Positions 32,614-42,300 of a stretch of 64,000 nucleotides of DNA are shown here, piece by piece. Under the pieces are notes generated by a model, which worked only from the letters and a program-made list of their open reading frames with translations, did no database searches and had not been told where the DNA came from. Numbering within the stretch: position 1 is the first letter of the stretch; the number at the start of each line of letters is the position of its first letter. The position numbers were made by a program, and so were the translations under genes. Source of the stretch: an uncultured Alphaproteobacteria bacterium (lineage in GTDB: Bacteria > Pseudomonadota > Alphaproteobacteria > Rhizobiales > CAWCWK01); the NCBI GenBank assembly GCA_963842125.1, contig CAWJFE010000001.1, positions 554,924-618,923 of the forward strand, in the 5' to 3' direction.

Positions 32614-32721
32614 CTAGAGCCGTTCCAGCGGCGATGCGATAGCACCGCCGCGTAAGGAACCGCGAAAACACAATGCGTTAGAGCGCGTTCGGTGAATGGA
32701 TAGGAACCGGACGCGCTCTAG
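32614..32721 (-). repeat. CTAG-bounded hairpin repeat, full form (copy 2, inverted relative to copies 1 and 3)
   Basis: Its reverse complement aligns almost base-for-base with 62648-62755. Module 1 is ctagagcgcgtccggttcctatccattcaccgaacgcgctcta and module 2 is gttccttacgcggcggtgctatcgcatcgccgctggaacggctctag. The flhB stop codon lies in the terminal CTAG. Confidence 0.8.
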
Positions 32722-33788
32722 TGCAGCGTCTTCCGCTTCAGCCGCATCACGTAGCCGATCACCTGGGCGACGGCCTTGTAGTGCTCGGGCGGGATTTCCT
32801 GGTCGAGTTCGGCGGTGGCGTGGAGGGCGCGGGCGAGCGGGCGGTTCTCGACGCGGGGGATGTCGTGCGCCTCGGCGACCTGGCGGATGCGCAGCGCGAC
32901 CTCGTCGGTGCCCTTGGCGAGGCAGATCGGTGCCGGCATGCCGGGCTCGTAGCGCAGCGCGACCGCATAATGGGTCGGGTTGGTGATCACGACGCTGGCC
33001 TGCGGCACGGCCGCCATCATCCGGCGCGAGGCGCGCTGCATGCGGATCTGGCGGATCTTGGCCTTGATGTGGGGGTCGCCCTCCATCTGCTTGTGCTCGT
33101 CCTTGAGCTCCTTCATCGTCATCTTCTGCTTCTTGAACCACTTGTGGCGCTGGTAGGCGAGGTCGGCGGCGGCGACGAGCGTGAGGATGGCGAGGGTCGC
33201 GGAGAAGAGGAGGATCACGTCCCACCAGATCAGCTCCATGACGCCGCCAAAGCTCATCGTCATCGCGTTCTCGAGCTTGTCGCGATGGGGCCAGACGACG
33301 AGCGCCATGATGACCGACACGATGACGAGCTTGGCCAGGCCCTTGAGGAAGTTGACGATCGCCTCGCCGCCGAACATCCGCTTGAGACCAGACATCGGCG
33401 AGATCTTCGAGAGTTTGGGCTTGATGCTCTCGAAGGACCAGACGAGCTTGTGCTGGATGAGATTGCCGATGGCGGCGAAGACGGCGACGATGAGGACGAG
33501 CGGCGCCGCGGCGACGAGCGCCATGCCGCCAAGCTCCGTCCCGACATGCATGAGGTTCGCCCCGTCGATCGGCACGTCGTGGACCTGGCCGAGAAAGGCG
33601 CCGAGGACGTCGCTCAGTTTGAGCGCCACCGGCCCGCCCATCGAGAAGAGCGCGACCATCGACCCCATCAGCACGAACCAGGTGTTGACCTCCTGGCTTT
33701 TGGGCACGTCGCCCTTCTTGTGGGCTTCGTCGAGCTTGTGTTGGGAGGGGTCCTCGGTCTTCTCGGATTCATCCGGCTGGTCGGACAT
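32718..33788 (-). CDS. flhB: flagellar export apparatus protein FlhB
   Basis: MSDQPDESEKTEDPSQHKLDEAHKKGDVPKSQE N-terminus. Autocleavage motif VVITNPTHYAVAL. Confidence 0.95.
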   Translation of the reverse strand: MSDQPDESEKTEDPSQHKLDEAHKKGDVPKSQEVNTWFVLMGSMVALFSMGGPVALKLSDVLGAFLGQVHDVPIDGANLMHVGTELGGMALVAAAPLVLIVAVFAAIGNLIQHKLVWSFESIKPKLSKISPMSGLKRMFGGEAIVNFLKGLAKLVIVSVIMALVVWPHRDKLENAMTMSFGGVMELIWWDVILLFSATLAILTLVAAADLAYQRHKWFKKQKMTMKELKDEHKQMEGDPHIKAKIRQIRMQRASRRMMAAVPQASVVITNPTHYAVALRYEPGMPAPICLAKGTDEVALRIRQVAEAHDIPRVENRPLARALHATAELDQEIPPEHYKAVAQVIGYVMRLKRKTLH

Positions 33789-33800
33789 GTCGGCGTTCCC

Positions 33801-34586
33801 TTAAGGAGCGAGGAAGAGGACGGAGACCTCTTCCAGGTGTTCGAGGAAGACGAGCATGCCGACGCCGAGCATCGGCACCAGGAGCGTGGTGCCGAGGAGG
33901 ATGTTGGCCGGCATGGCGAGGAAGAAGATCTGCACCTGCGGCATCAGCTTGGAGAGGATGCCGAGGCCCGCGTAGAAGAGGAGCCCGAAGACGATGAAGG
34001 GCGCCGCGATCTGCGCGCCGACGCGGAAGGCGTCGCCGATCACCTTGACCGCCATCTCGGCCGTGTCGCCCGCCGGCAGGGCCTCGCCGGGCGGAAAGAG
34101 CGTGTAGCTGTCGTAGAGCCCGCGCAGGAAGAGATGGTGGAGATCGGTCACGAAGATGAGCGTGACGCCGATCATGGTGAGGAAGGAGGCGATGATGGCG
34201 CCCTGGATGCCCTGCGTCGGGTCGGCCGTCTGGGCGAAGCCGAGACCGAACTGCGTCGCCATCGTCGCGCCGGCCAGGTTGAGCGCCGAGAGGACGATCC
34301 GGCCCGTCAGCCCGATGAAGAGCCCGATCAGGATCTCGATGAGAAGCGTGCGCACGATCGGCTCCAGCGAGCCCCGCTCGAGATCGGCGCGCAGCATCTC
34401 GTAGGCCTCCGACGAGCGCGGGTAGAGAACGAGAACGAGCGCGAAGGCTATGCCGATCTTGATCCGCGACGGGATCGCCTTCTCGCCCAGCGCCGGCATC
34501 GCCATGAGCATCGCGCTCACCCGCGTCAGCGTCAGCATGAACGTCACGGCCACGAAGGGCAGCATGTCGAGGGTGATCGTGTTCAC
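33801..34586 (-). CDS. fliR: flagellar export apparatus protein FliR
   Basis: 261 aa polytopic membrane protein between fliQ and flhB. LTLTRVSAMLMAMPALGEKAIPSRIKIGIAFAL is typical of FliR. GTG start. Confidence 0.9.
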   Translation of the reverse strand: MNTITLDMLPFVAVTFMLTLTRVSAMLMAMPALGEKAIPSRIKIGIAFALVLVLYPRSSEAYEMLRADLERGSLEPIVRTLLIEILIGLFIGLTGRIVLSALNLAGATMATQFGLGFAQTADPTQGIQGAIIASFLTMIGVTLIFVTDLHHLFLRGLYDSYTLFPPGEALPAGDTAEMAVKVIGDAFRVGAQIAAPFIVFGLLFYAGLGILSKLMPQVQIFFLAMPANILLGTTLLVPMLGVGMLVFLEHLEEVSVLFLAP

Positions 34587-34745
34587 GAGGCGGGGCGCTG
34601 CCTTTCTGGGAGCGTTCGGGCCGGCGCCTTCTGGCGCGGGGTCATCGTCGGGGACGATCGATCGGTAGGGCGGTGTTCGGGACGAAAGGAACGCGGGGCC
34701 TCGTGGGCCCCGCGCGAGGCGGTGCGTCCGGAGCGGACCCGGCGG

Positions 34746-35012
34746 CTAGCTGATATTGATGATCTGGTCCGCGATCCGGTCCATGTATCCGCTGATCGCC
34801 CGGCCCATGAAGGGCAGCGTGACGATGAGCGCGACGAACATGGCCAGGATCTTCGGTACGAAGGCCAGCGTCATCTCCTGGATCTGGGTGAGCGCCTGGA
34901 AGAGCGCGATCACGAGGCCGACGCCAAGGCCGACCATCATGATGGGCGCGGCCATGACGAGCATGGTCGTGACGGCGTCGCGGCCGATGTCGAGAACCTC
35001 GGGGCCGGTCAT
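34746..35012 (-). CDS. fliQ: flagellar export apparatus protein FliQ
   Basis: 88 aa, two TM segments. ALFQALTQIQEMTLAFVPKI is the FliQ signature. Confidence 0.9.
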   Translation of the reverse strand: MTGPEVLDIGRDAVTTMLVMAAPIMMVGLGVGLVIALFQALTQIQEMTLAFVPKILAMFVALIVTLPFMGRAISGYMDRIADQIINIS

Positions 35013-35150
35013 CGCACGAACACCGCGCGCGAGGATTCGGATGGCGACGTGATCAGCACGAGAAGCATCTGTCTGGTCCCTTCTGGGAGCGAGGGTGGCG
35101 CGCCGCCCGGGCCGGCGCGCTCAAGGCCTTCGGGCAGGCGAGGCTGGTGG

Positions 35151-35471
35151 TTAGACCGGCATCCGCATGATTTCCTCATAGGCCGCGATCACCTTGTCGC
35201 GCAGCGTGACCATGGTCTCGAAGGCGACCTCGGTCTCGGCAACGGCGGTTACGACGTCGACGACGTCGGCCTTGCCCGTCAGCATGTCGGAAGTCTTCAT
35301 CTCGGAGACCTTGCCGGTCGCGATCGTGTCCTGGATGGCTTCCTTGACCATGCCGCCAAAGCCCGACAGCGCGTCGGTCTTGATGCCCTTTGCGGCACCC
35401 TGGATGGATTCGGCGATGCCGGAGACGCCGGCATAGGATGAGGCGGCCTTGGCCGCGGCTGCGATATTCAT
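35151..35471 (-). CDS. fliE: flagellar hook-basal body complex protein FliE
   Basis: 106 aa, C-terminal VTAVAETEVAFETMVTLRDKVIAAYEEIMRMPV. GGAG precedes the ATG. Confidence 0.9.
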   Translation of the reverse strand: MNIAAAAKAASSYAGVSGIAESIQGAAKGIKTDALSGFGGMVKEAIQDTIATGKVSEMKTSDMLTGKADVVDVVTAVAETEVAFETMVTLRDKVIAAYEEIMRMPV

Positions 35472-35556
35472 GGGAGGTCTCCCGTTCTGGAAAGGTGCTG
35501 TCTGGACCCGAGACCAGCGAGGCGATCACCGGCGATACGCGCCGGCAGGAAATCTA

Positions 35557-35967
35557 TCAGGCGCGCAGCACGTCGAGCGTCTGCCCGATCATGCGGCGGC
35601 TGGCGGTGATGACGTTGAGGTTGGCCTCGTAGGAGCGCTGCGCCTCGCGCATGTCCATGGCCTCCACGAGCCCGTCGACATTGGGCGTCTTGACGTAGCC
35701 ATTGGCGTCGGCGGCCGGATGGCCGGGGTCGAGCTTGAGCTTGAACTCCGACATGTCGTCCTTGATCCGGTCGAGCTCGACGACCTTGGCGCCCAGTTCG
35801 CGGTCCATCTGGGCCTCGAAGGAGACGATGCGGCGGCGATAGGGGTCGGCGCCCGGCGTCTGGCCGACCGAATCCTTGTTGGCCAGGTTCTCGGCCACGA
35901 CCCGCATGCGGCCCGACTGGGCGCGCAGACCGGTGGCGGCGACGAAGATGGAGCGCATCAGGTCCAA
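35557..35967 (-). CDS. flgC: flagellar basal-body rod protein FlgC
   Basis: IFVAATGLRAQSGRMRVVAENLANKDS N-terminal rod motif, C-terminal SYEANLNVITASRRMIGQTLDVLR. TTG start 8 nt after AGGAG (ATG alternative at 35958). Confidence 0.9.
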   Translation of the reverse strand: MDLMRSIFVAATGLRAQSGRMRVVAENLANKDSVGQTPGADPYRRRIVSFEAQMDRELGAKVVELDRIKDDMSEFKLKLDPGHPAADANGYVKTPNVDGLVEAMDMREAQRSYEANLNVITASRRMIGQTLDVLRA

Positions 35968-36029
35968 GGTTCAGACTCCTACAGTACAAAAGGCGTGGCG
36001 CGAGGCGGCACGCGAATGGGAGGACGGCG

Positions 36030-36431
36030 CTAACGGCGCCCGATCGAGGTCTTCATGAGGCCGAGCGCGCGCTTGTAGACGAGGCTGGCCGCTTCGAAAT
36101 CCATCTGGTTGCCGGTCACCTTCATCATCTCCTCCTCCAGCACGACGGCGTTGCCGCGCGGGCGAACCTCGAAATCGTCCTGTCGCTCGGGGCGGTTGGA
36201 CATCGAGACGGGGCGGGTGGTGATGTGGGCCGAATGGGTGCGATCGGGCACGATGGACCGAGTCTGCGCCGCACTCATCAGCTTGCGGAAATTGGCCGGG
36301 GCGAGATCGCGCGCCTCGTAGCCGACGGTGTCGGCATTGGCGACGTTCTCGGCCAGCAACGACTGGCGCGACTGGTGCCAACCCATCTTGGAGCGGACCA
36401 TCTGGAAATAGGGCATATCGGTGACCGGCAT
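36030..36431 (-). CDS. flgB: flagellar basal-body rod protein FlgB
   Basis: HQSRQSLLAENVANADTVGYEARDL rod motif. Start at MPVTDMPYF (36431). Confidence 0.9.
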   Translation of the reverse strand: MPVTDMPYFQMVRSKMGWHQSRQSLLAENVANADTVGYEARDLAPANFRKLMSAAQTRSIVPDRTHSAHITTRPVSMSNRPERQDDFEVRPRGNAVVLEEEMMKVTGNQMDFEAASLVYKRALGLMKTSIGRR

Positions 36432-36763
36432 CCCTGGCTCCCTTCTCGACCCCTGCGGGGCTGGTTCGCGCCCCATGGGGCTACTCGGTTGTCGGACCTC
36501 GCGGTCCATCGCTCTGCGCACAATGGGTCGTTAAGGTAAACGGCGCGTTAAGGACGGCGCTCGGCGTCTCGCGCCAGGACGGCGCCCGACGTGGCTTCCG
36601 GTGCCATCGCGTCGACCGCCGGTCAGAATGGGGCGCTTCGCCGGAGGGGCCCCAAAGGCCGAGACCTACGCTACGCCCGCCCGCCCGCTGCGACCGCCGT
36701 CGCGCGCCACCCTTTGTCCACTGCCGATCCCGCTTGGCGGCGTGACGCCGGCGCGATCCGGGC

Positions 36764-36825
36764 GTTAACGTTCTCTTTGCCCGCGTTAACGCCCTGTTAG
36801 GGTCCTTTAGGCAAATTTTGCCGGG
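36764..36825. promoter_or_regulatory. candidate flagellar cis-regulatory module: GTTAACG-N14-GTTAACG plus GGCA-N5-TGCC dyad (flgB/fliO divergent region)
   Basis: cGTTAACg at 36764-70 and 36785-91 (21 bp apart). TTAA-N7-TTAG at 36786-800. GGCAAATTTTGCCGGG at 36810-25. The same architecture recurs at 46452-46521. Confidence 0.45.
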
Positions 36826-36930
36826 TCATGATCAGGGCATGCGCAGGGCGCAGGGATACGTGATTCAGTTCGGGACAGGCCGGCGGCACCGCTGCCATCC
36901 GGCGCCCGGGCATCTGACAAGGGGGACGAC

Positions 36931-38544
36931 ATGGACGCACTCTTCGCCGCGATAGGGTTGGCCGATGCCGGCCTCTTCGTTCGGGCCGTCGTCGCCTTTC
37001 TCATCTGTCTGGCGCTCTTGGCCCTCGTCTTCCTGGCGCTCGGCTGGGTGTCGGGCCGCTCGCCGCTGCCGAGTGGCCGAGGCGGCGGGCGCCAGCCGCG
37101 CCTCGGTGTCATCGAGGAGACGAGCGTCGACGCCAAGCGCCGGCTCATCCTCATCCGGCGCGACAATGCCGAGCATCTCATCCTGACCGGCGGGCCGAAC
37201 GATCTCGTCGTCGAGGGACCGATCCTGCGCGGCGCCGCCAAGCCCCGCCCGGAGGCGCAGCGCCGCGCCAACACGAACGTCGCCAGCGCCGCGACGCGTC
37301 CGGCCGCCGCCGGCGCGGCGGAGCGGGCGGCTCAGGCGAGCGCCGCCGACGCGGCCAGCAAGGCCCGCGCGGAGCCCGCAAGCGCCGATCCCGGCGATGG
37401 TCCGAGTGGCGATCCCAGTAGCGATCCCTTCGCCGCCGCCCGAGCCCGGGCCGATCAGCCCGAACCGAACGACGCCCCCGCCGCTTCCGCCCCCGCCGCA
37501 CCCGCGCCCAAACCGGCCGCACCGCCGCCGGTACAGACGCAGCGCGCCCCAGTCGAGCACAGCAGGACCGATCGGTCGGACGCGGCCCTGGCGGACGCTT
37601 TCGCGCGCGATCTCGAAGCCGACCTTCAGGGCGACCCGCTGCGGGCCGATATCGAGGCGCGCGTCGAGGCCGACCTCAGGTCGGAGCCATTGGAACTGAC
37701 GCCCGAAGCCTTGAACGACGAGACGCGCATCCCGGATCGTGCGCCGGCCGCGCCGATGCCCTTTCCCACCGGCGCCATTCCCACGCCCAGACCCGCGGCA
37801 CCCGAGACCGCGGCACCCGAGACCGCAGCAGCCGAGACCTCGACCCCGACCACACCCGATCCGATCGAGACGCGCGAGCCCTTCGACATCGACGCGATCA
37901 CCGGGCCGCGTCGGCGCGGACAGGTCCCGCTCGACGACGAACCGACGCCCGAACTGCCCCGTTTCCTCAGGGGCGGCCGGAACACCGACGCTCCGTCGCA
38001 GGCCATGGCCCCGTCGACGACACCGGAGCCTGCCAGCCGCGTCGCGAGTGATCCCGCCGCGCCGACGCAGCTCTCGCCCCGGACGGTTCTCGGCGTGCCG
38101 AGCGAAACCGAGCGGCCGGTCGAGCCGCAGCGAGACCTCCGGGACGACGAAGCCGACGAGCGTCCGTCCTTCGCCGATGTCTCCGGCGCCGGTCTCCCCG
38201 AAAGCGATCTCGGCGACGACCACGGCACGGCCCCGCAGGAGGCGGCCGAAGCCAACTCGCCTCCCCATTCCACCGGCAACGACACGCCCGCGCGCCCGTT
38301 CGATGCCCTCTACCGGGCCCGCGAAGGGTTGGCGCAGGGCGCGCGGGAGGATGCGACCGGGAGCGCCGCGGAGCCGGCGGCCGCTCCGAAGCCCGCGCCG
38401 TCCCCCGCACACGATGACGAGCCCGGACCACCCGCCACGGCGACGCCGCCCGGCGCATCCGACATGCGCAGCCTGGAGCAGCAGATGGAAAACCTCCTCC
38501 GGGAGCTGACGACACGCGGCAAGTCCGATGGAGAGAAGACGTGA
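36931..38544 (+). CDS. fliO: FliO-like flagellar export protein with about 400 aa of Pro/Ala/Asp-rich low-complexity sequence
   Basis: TM helix VVAFLICLALLALVFLALGW followed by RLGVIEETSVDAKRRLILIRRDNAEHLILTGGPNDLVV (FliO core). High GC3 throughout. Stop overlaps the fliP start (GTGATGA). Confidence 0.7.
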   Translation: MDALFAAIGLADAGLFVRAVVAFLICLALLALVFLALGWVSGRSPLPSGRGGGRQPRLGVIEETSVDAKRRLILIRRDNAEHLILTGGPNDLVVEGPILRGAAKPRPEAQRRANTNVASAATRPAAAGAAERAAQASAADAASKARAEPASADPGDGPSGDPSSDPFAAARARADQPEPNDAPAASAPAAPAPKPAAPPPVQTQRAPVEHSRTDRSDAALADAFARDLEADLQGDPLRADIEARVEADLRSEPLELTPEALNDETRIPDRAPAAPMPFPTGAIPTPRPAAPETAAPETAAAETSTPTTPDPIETREPFDIDAITGPRRRGQVPLDDEPTPELPRFLRGGRNTDAPSQAMAPSTTPEPASRVASDPAAPTQLSPRTVLGVPSETERPVEPQRDLRDDEADERPSFADVSGAGLPESDLGDDHGTAPQEAAEANSPPHSTGNDTPARPFDALYRAREGLAQGAREDATGSAAEPAAAPKPAPSPAHDDEPGPPATATPPGASDMRSLEQQMENLLRELTTRGKSDGEKT

Positions 38545-39335
38545 TGACCGCTTCGTCGCCCTATCAGACGTCCGCCCTGCCCCACCGCCGCGCGCAGGCC
38601 CGCATCGGCTCCTGGCTCCTCGCCCTCGCCACCCTCGTCATCGCGCTCGCGCTGCCCGGCACGGCGCACGCGCAGGCGCTCACCATCGGACTCGGCGAGG
38701 ACCTCGGGCTGACCGAACGGGCGATCCAGCTCGTCGCGCTCGTCACGATCCTCAGCCTCGCGCCGTCGATCCTCATCATGGTGACGTCCTTCACCCGGAT
38801 CGTCGTGGTGCTCTCGATCCTGCGCACCGCGCTCGGCACGCAGACCGCGCCGCCCAACACCGTCATCATGGCGCTCGCGCTCTTCCTGACGGGCTTCGTG
38901 ATGGCCCCCACCATGCAGACGGTCTACGACGAGAGCGTGCGCCCGCTCGTCGAGGGCTCGATCGAGATGGAGCAGGCGATCGAGCGCGGCATCCGGCCCG
39001 TCCACGCCTTCATGCGCGAGCATGTGCGCGACAAGGATCTCGAACTCTTCATGGACATGGCCCGCGAGGAGGCGCCCGTCCTCGCCGAGGACATCAGCCT
39101 GCGCACGCTCGTGCCGGCCTTCATGATCTCGGAGCTGCGCCGCGCCTTCGAGATCGGCTTCCTACTCTTCGTGCCCTTCCTGATCATCGACCTCGTCGTC
39201 GCGTCGGTCCTGATGTCGATGGGCATGATGATGCTGCCGCCGGTGATCATCTCGCTGCCATTCAAGCTGATCTTCTTCGTCCTCGTCGACGGATGGGGCC
39301 TCGTCGCGGGCAGTCTGGTGCAGAGTTTCGGGTGA
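38541..39335 (+). CDS. fliP: flagellar export apparatus protein FliP
   Basis: Signal-like N-terminus, then LVALVTILSLAPSILIMVTSFTRIVVVLSILRTALGTQ and MISELRRAFEIGFLLFVPFLIIDLVVASVLMSMGMMMLPP. Confidence 0.95.
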   Translation: MMTASSPYQTSALPHRRAQARIGSWLLALATLVIALALPGTAHAQALTIGLGEDLGLTERAIQLVALVTILSLAPSILIMVTSFTRIVVVLSILRTALGTQTAPPNTVIMALALFLTGFVMAPTMQTVYDESVRPLVEGSIEMEQAIERGIRPVHAFMREHVRDKDLELFMDMAREEAPVLAEDISLRTLVPAFMISELRRAFEIGFLLFVPFLIIDLVVASVLMSMGMMMLPPVIISLPFKLIFFVLVDGWGLVAGSLVQSFG

Positions 39336-39372
39336 GGCCCGGCGCCGGCCCCAGCGCCAGGCGACGACGGCC

Positions 39373-42300
39373 TCAGCCGTCGTTCATCGCAACGTCGAGC
39401 GTCTCCAACGGGCCGACCTCGCGCGTGCCGATCTCGGGCGCCGCGGGCGCTTCGGGCTCGCCGAAATAGCGGGTGCGGTACTCGTCGAGGAAGGCGTCGA
39501 GATCGTCGGAGCGGGCGACGCGCCCGGCAACGCCCGCGAACGCGACGCTCGATTCGCCCACCGGCTGCGAGACGATCGTGAAGGCCGCCTCGTCCGCCGT
39601 GCCGGCCATGCGGGGGGCGAGGTTCCCGCGCAACCGGTCGAGCGCGACAGCATCCCCGGCCAACGTGTAGGCGATGGCGGCGCGTAGCGCGTAGCGGCGT
39701 TGCGTCTCGGTCAGCGGCGGGGTCGATTCCCAGGCGCGGCCGATGATCCGCTCCATCTCCTCGCCCGCCTCCTGCCAGCGCTCGGCCTCCCAGAGGGCCG
39801 TGGCGCGCAGCCGGTCGGCGCGCGGACCCTCGAGAACCGAGAGCGTCTCCAGCGCGAAGTCGACGCGGCCGGTCTGGAGAAGGGCGCGCGCCTCCAGAAG
39901 GCGGCGGTCCTCGTCGATCATGCCCGGCAGCGCCGCCTGGCGGGTGCGCGACAGCGTCGTCAGCGCGGCGCTCGGACGGCCGTCCATCAGTTGGACGAGC
40001 GCGAGCTTGGCCGCGACCTGCGCCCGCGCGGCGCCCCGCAGCCGGTTGTCGATCTGATACTGCAGGAGCTCGGCGGCCTTCGGCAGCAAATCGACCGAAA
40101 TCAGCCGGTCGGCGAGGCGGCGGATCATCTCGTCGCCCCGACTGCCGACGGGCGTGAGATCGTTGAAGTCGTAATAGAGCGACAGCGCCTCGACGGCCGG
40201 CATCGTGTCGGCCTCGCCCTCGAGGAAGAGTTGGGCGAAGGCTTCGCCCATCGCGTCCTGGATCTGCTCGACCTCCTCGAGATCGGGGCGCGAGAGGACG
40301 GCCTGGCGCAGCGCCCGGAAGGCCTCCCGGTGGTTGCCGGCCTCGAGTTCGAGTGCGCTCAGGCGATTGAGCGCGTGAATCTCGGTCGAATCACCACGCC
40401 AGCCGATCGAGAGCGCGCGCAGACGCTGGATTCCGTCCTCCAGGGACATGTCGCCGTTGGCGACCCGCAGATCGGTCAGGCGAACCTGCGCCTCGTAGGA
40501 CCGGGGCCGCTCGCCCTCGGCCTCGACGACCGCATACGCCTTCTCGGCATCCTCGGCCCGGCCGACGATCTGGCTGAAGCGGCCGATGAGGAGAGCGCGC
40601 TCGTTGAGCTGACCCTGGTCGAGCTCGGCGACGACGAGGCGCTCCAGCTGCTCGCCGGCGGTCGAGACGTCGTTGCGCTCCAGCGCGGCGCGCGCGGCCG
40701 CGAGGCGGAAGCGGGCCTGGAGGGTCGGCGGATAGGCATGGAGGATCGCGGAGCCGTCCCGGAAGGCCCGGTCGGCCTTGCGCCACTGCCCGTCCTGCAC
40801 GTCGGCGAGCGAAAGCCAGAGGCGGGCTTCGGGATCGTCGATGAGGTCGGGCGAGCCGAGCGCCGCACGCGCCATCGGCGTACGCCCGAGAAGCGTGTTG
40901 GCGACACCCTTGAGAAGCTGGAAGCGGCTCGTGCCGGGCAGCGATTCGTCGTCCTGCTCGATGGCGCTGAGGACCGAGAGCGCCTCGGGCGCGAAGAGGT
41001 GGGAGACGTAGTGCTCGGCCAGCGTCATGCGAAGGTCGGAGCGGCGGGCCGGGTTCTCGGTCGCGGCGGCGCGGCGCATCAGCTCGCCCGCCCGGTCGGT
41101 ATCGGCGACCACCGTGGTCGGCGCGAAGAGGACGCGGGGCTTGGGCGCACCGCGCAGCCTGTCGTCGGCCAGGAGATCGAAGGCACGGCGCGCCTGCGTC
41201 AGCTGCAGGCCGCCATCGAGCGTGGCGCGCACGCCTTCGTCGGTCTTTACGAGCCGCAGCCCGTCGACCTTGGGCACCACGGCGAGACCCTGCGCGCTTC
41301 GCAGCACGTCGAACTCGACATAGCTCTGCTCGACCGGCATGCCCTGCGGACCCGCAGAGGCGAGCGCCAGGCTGACCCGGCCGATGCCCGGCAGGTCGAT
41401 GTCGCGCGTCACCAGCGGACCATCGATGGGAAAATCGACGAGACCGGCCTTGCTCGCCTCGCGCGTGCGCAGGGGCGCGATCGTGCGGGCCACGCCATCG
41501 GCCGATCCGGCGAGCGAGAGCGTCCACTCGGTGCCATCGGCGATCAGCTCGGCCACGCGGCCCTCGGGGCGCGAGAAGCGCAGCACCTGCACGTCGCCGA
41601 TGCGGGCGAGGTCGAGCCCCGCCACCCGGCCGACCACGATCTCGCGCAGCGCGTCGATGTCGATCGCCCGCTCCGAGCCGAAGACGGCCCAGACGTCGTC
41701 GCCGCGATCGAAGACCGCGGCTGGCGTGGGCGCCTCGAAGGCGAAGGTGAGGGCGAGGTCCTCGCCGGGCGGCGTGACGACGATGTCGAGCTCGTCGGCG
41801 GGCGCCGGGCGGGGCGCGAGGCGCACGTCGCGAACGGTCCGCGTCGCCGTCTCGTCCAGTCCCGGCGGCGGGGGCGGCGCGCGGCGCGCGACGGCGCTGG
41901 TGCGTTCGGGCGCGGGCGGGCTCAGCGTCGCCGGCAGCGCGGCACGCGGCGCGATGTTGAGCTGGTCGAGCGTCGAGGACGGGGCCGTCGTCACGTCGAT
42001 CACATAGGCGCTCTCGTCCCAGAAGCCGCGCACGGGCACGCTCGGCAACACGTCGATCTGGACGACGAGCTTACCGTCGCGCTGGCCGGCGCGGACCTGC
42101 TGCAATTCCTCGGGCATGCGCTGCTTGAGCGCGGTGAGGTCGATCGTGCCGCCGGCGCTGAAGACGACCTCGATCTGGTCGTCGTCGCGGTTCATCTCGG
42201 CCGAGACCGCGCCCTCCCAGATGAAGGCGAGGCGCGCGAAGGTCGGATGGATGCCGTAGCGGAAATCGACCTCGGGCAGCGCCCCGTCGCGACGCACGAG

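Noticed and set aside
36529-36553. Canonical CtrA boxes (TTAA-N7-TTAAC) in flagellar promoters
   Set aside because: The TTAA-containing repeats have N13 or N17 spacing. Only one near-match exists (TTAA-N7-TTAG at 36786-800), so I do not call a CtrA site.
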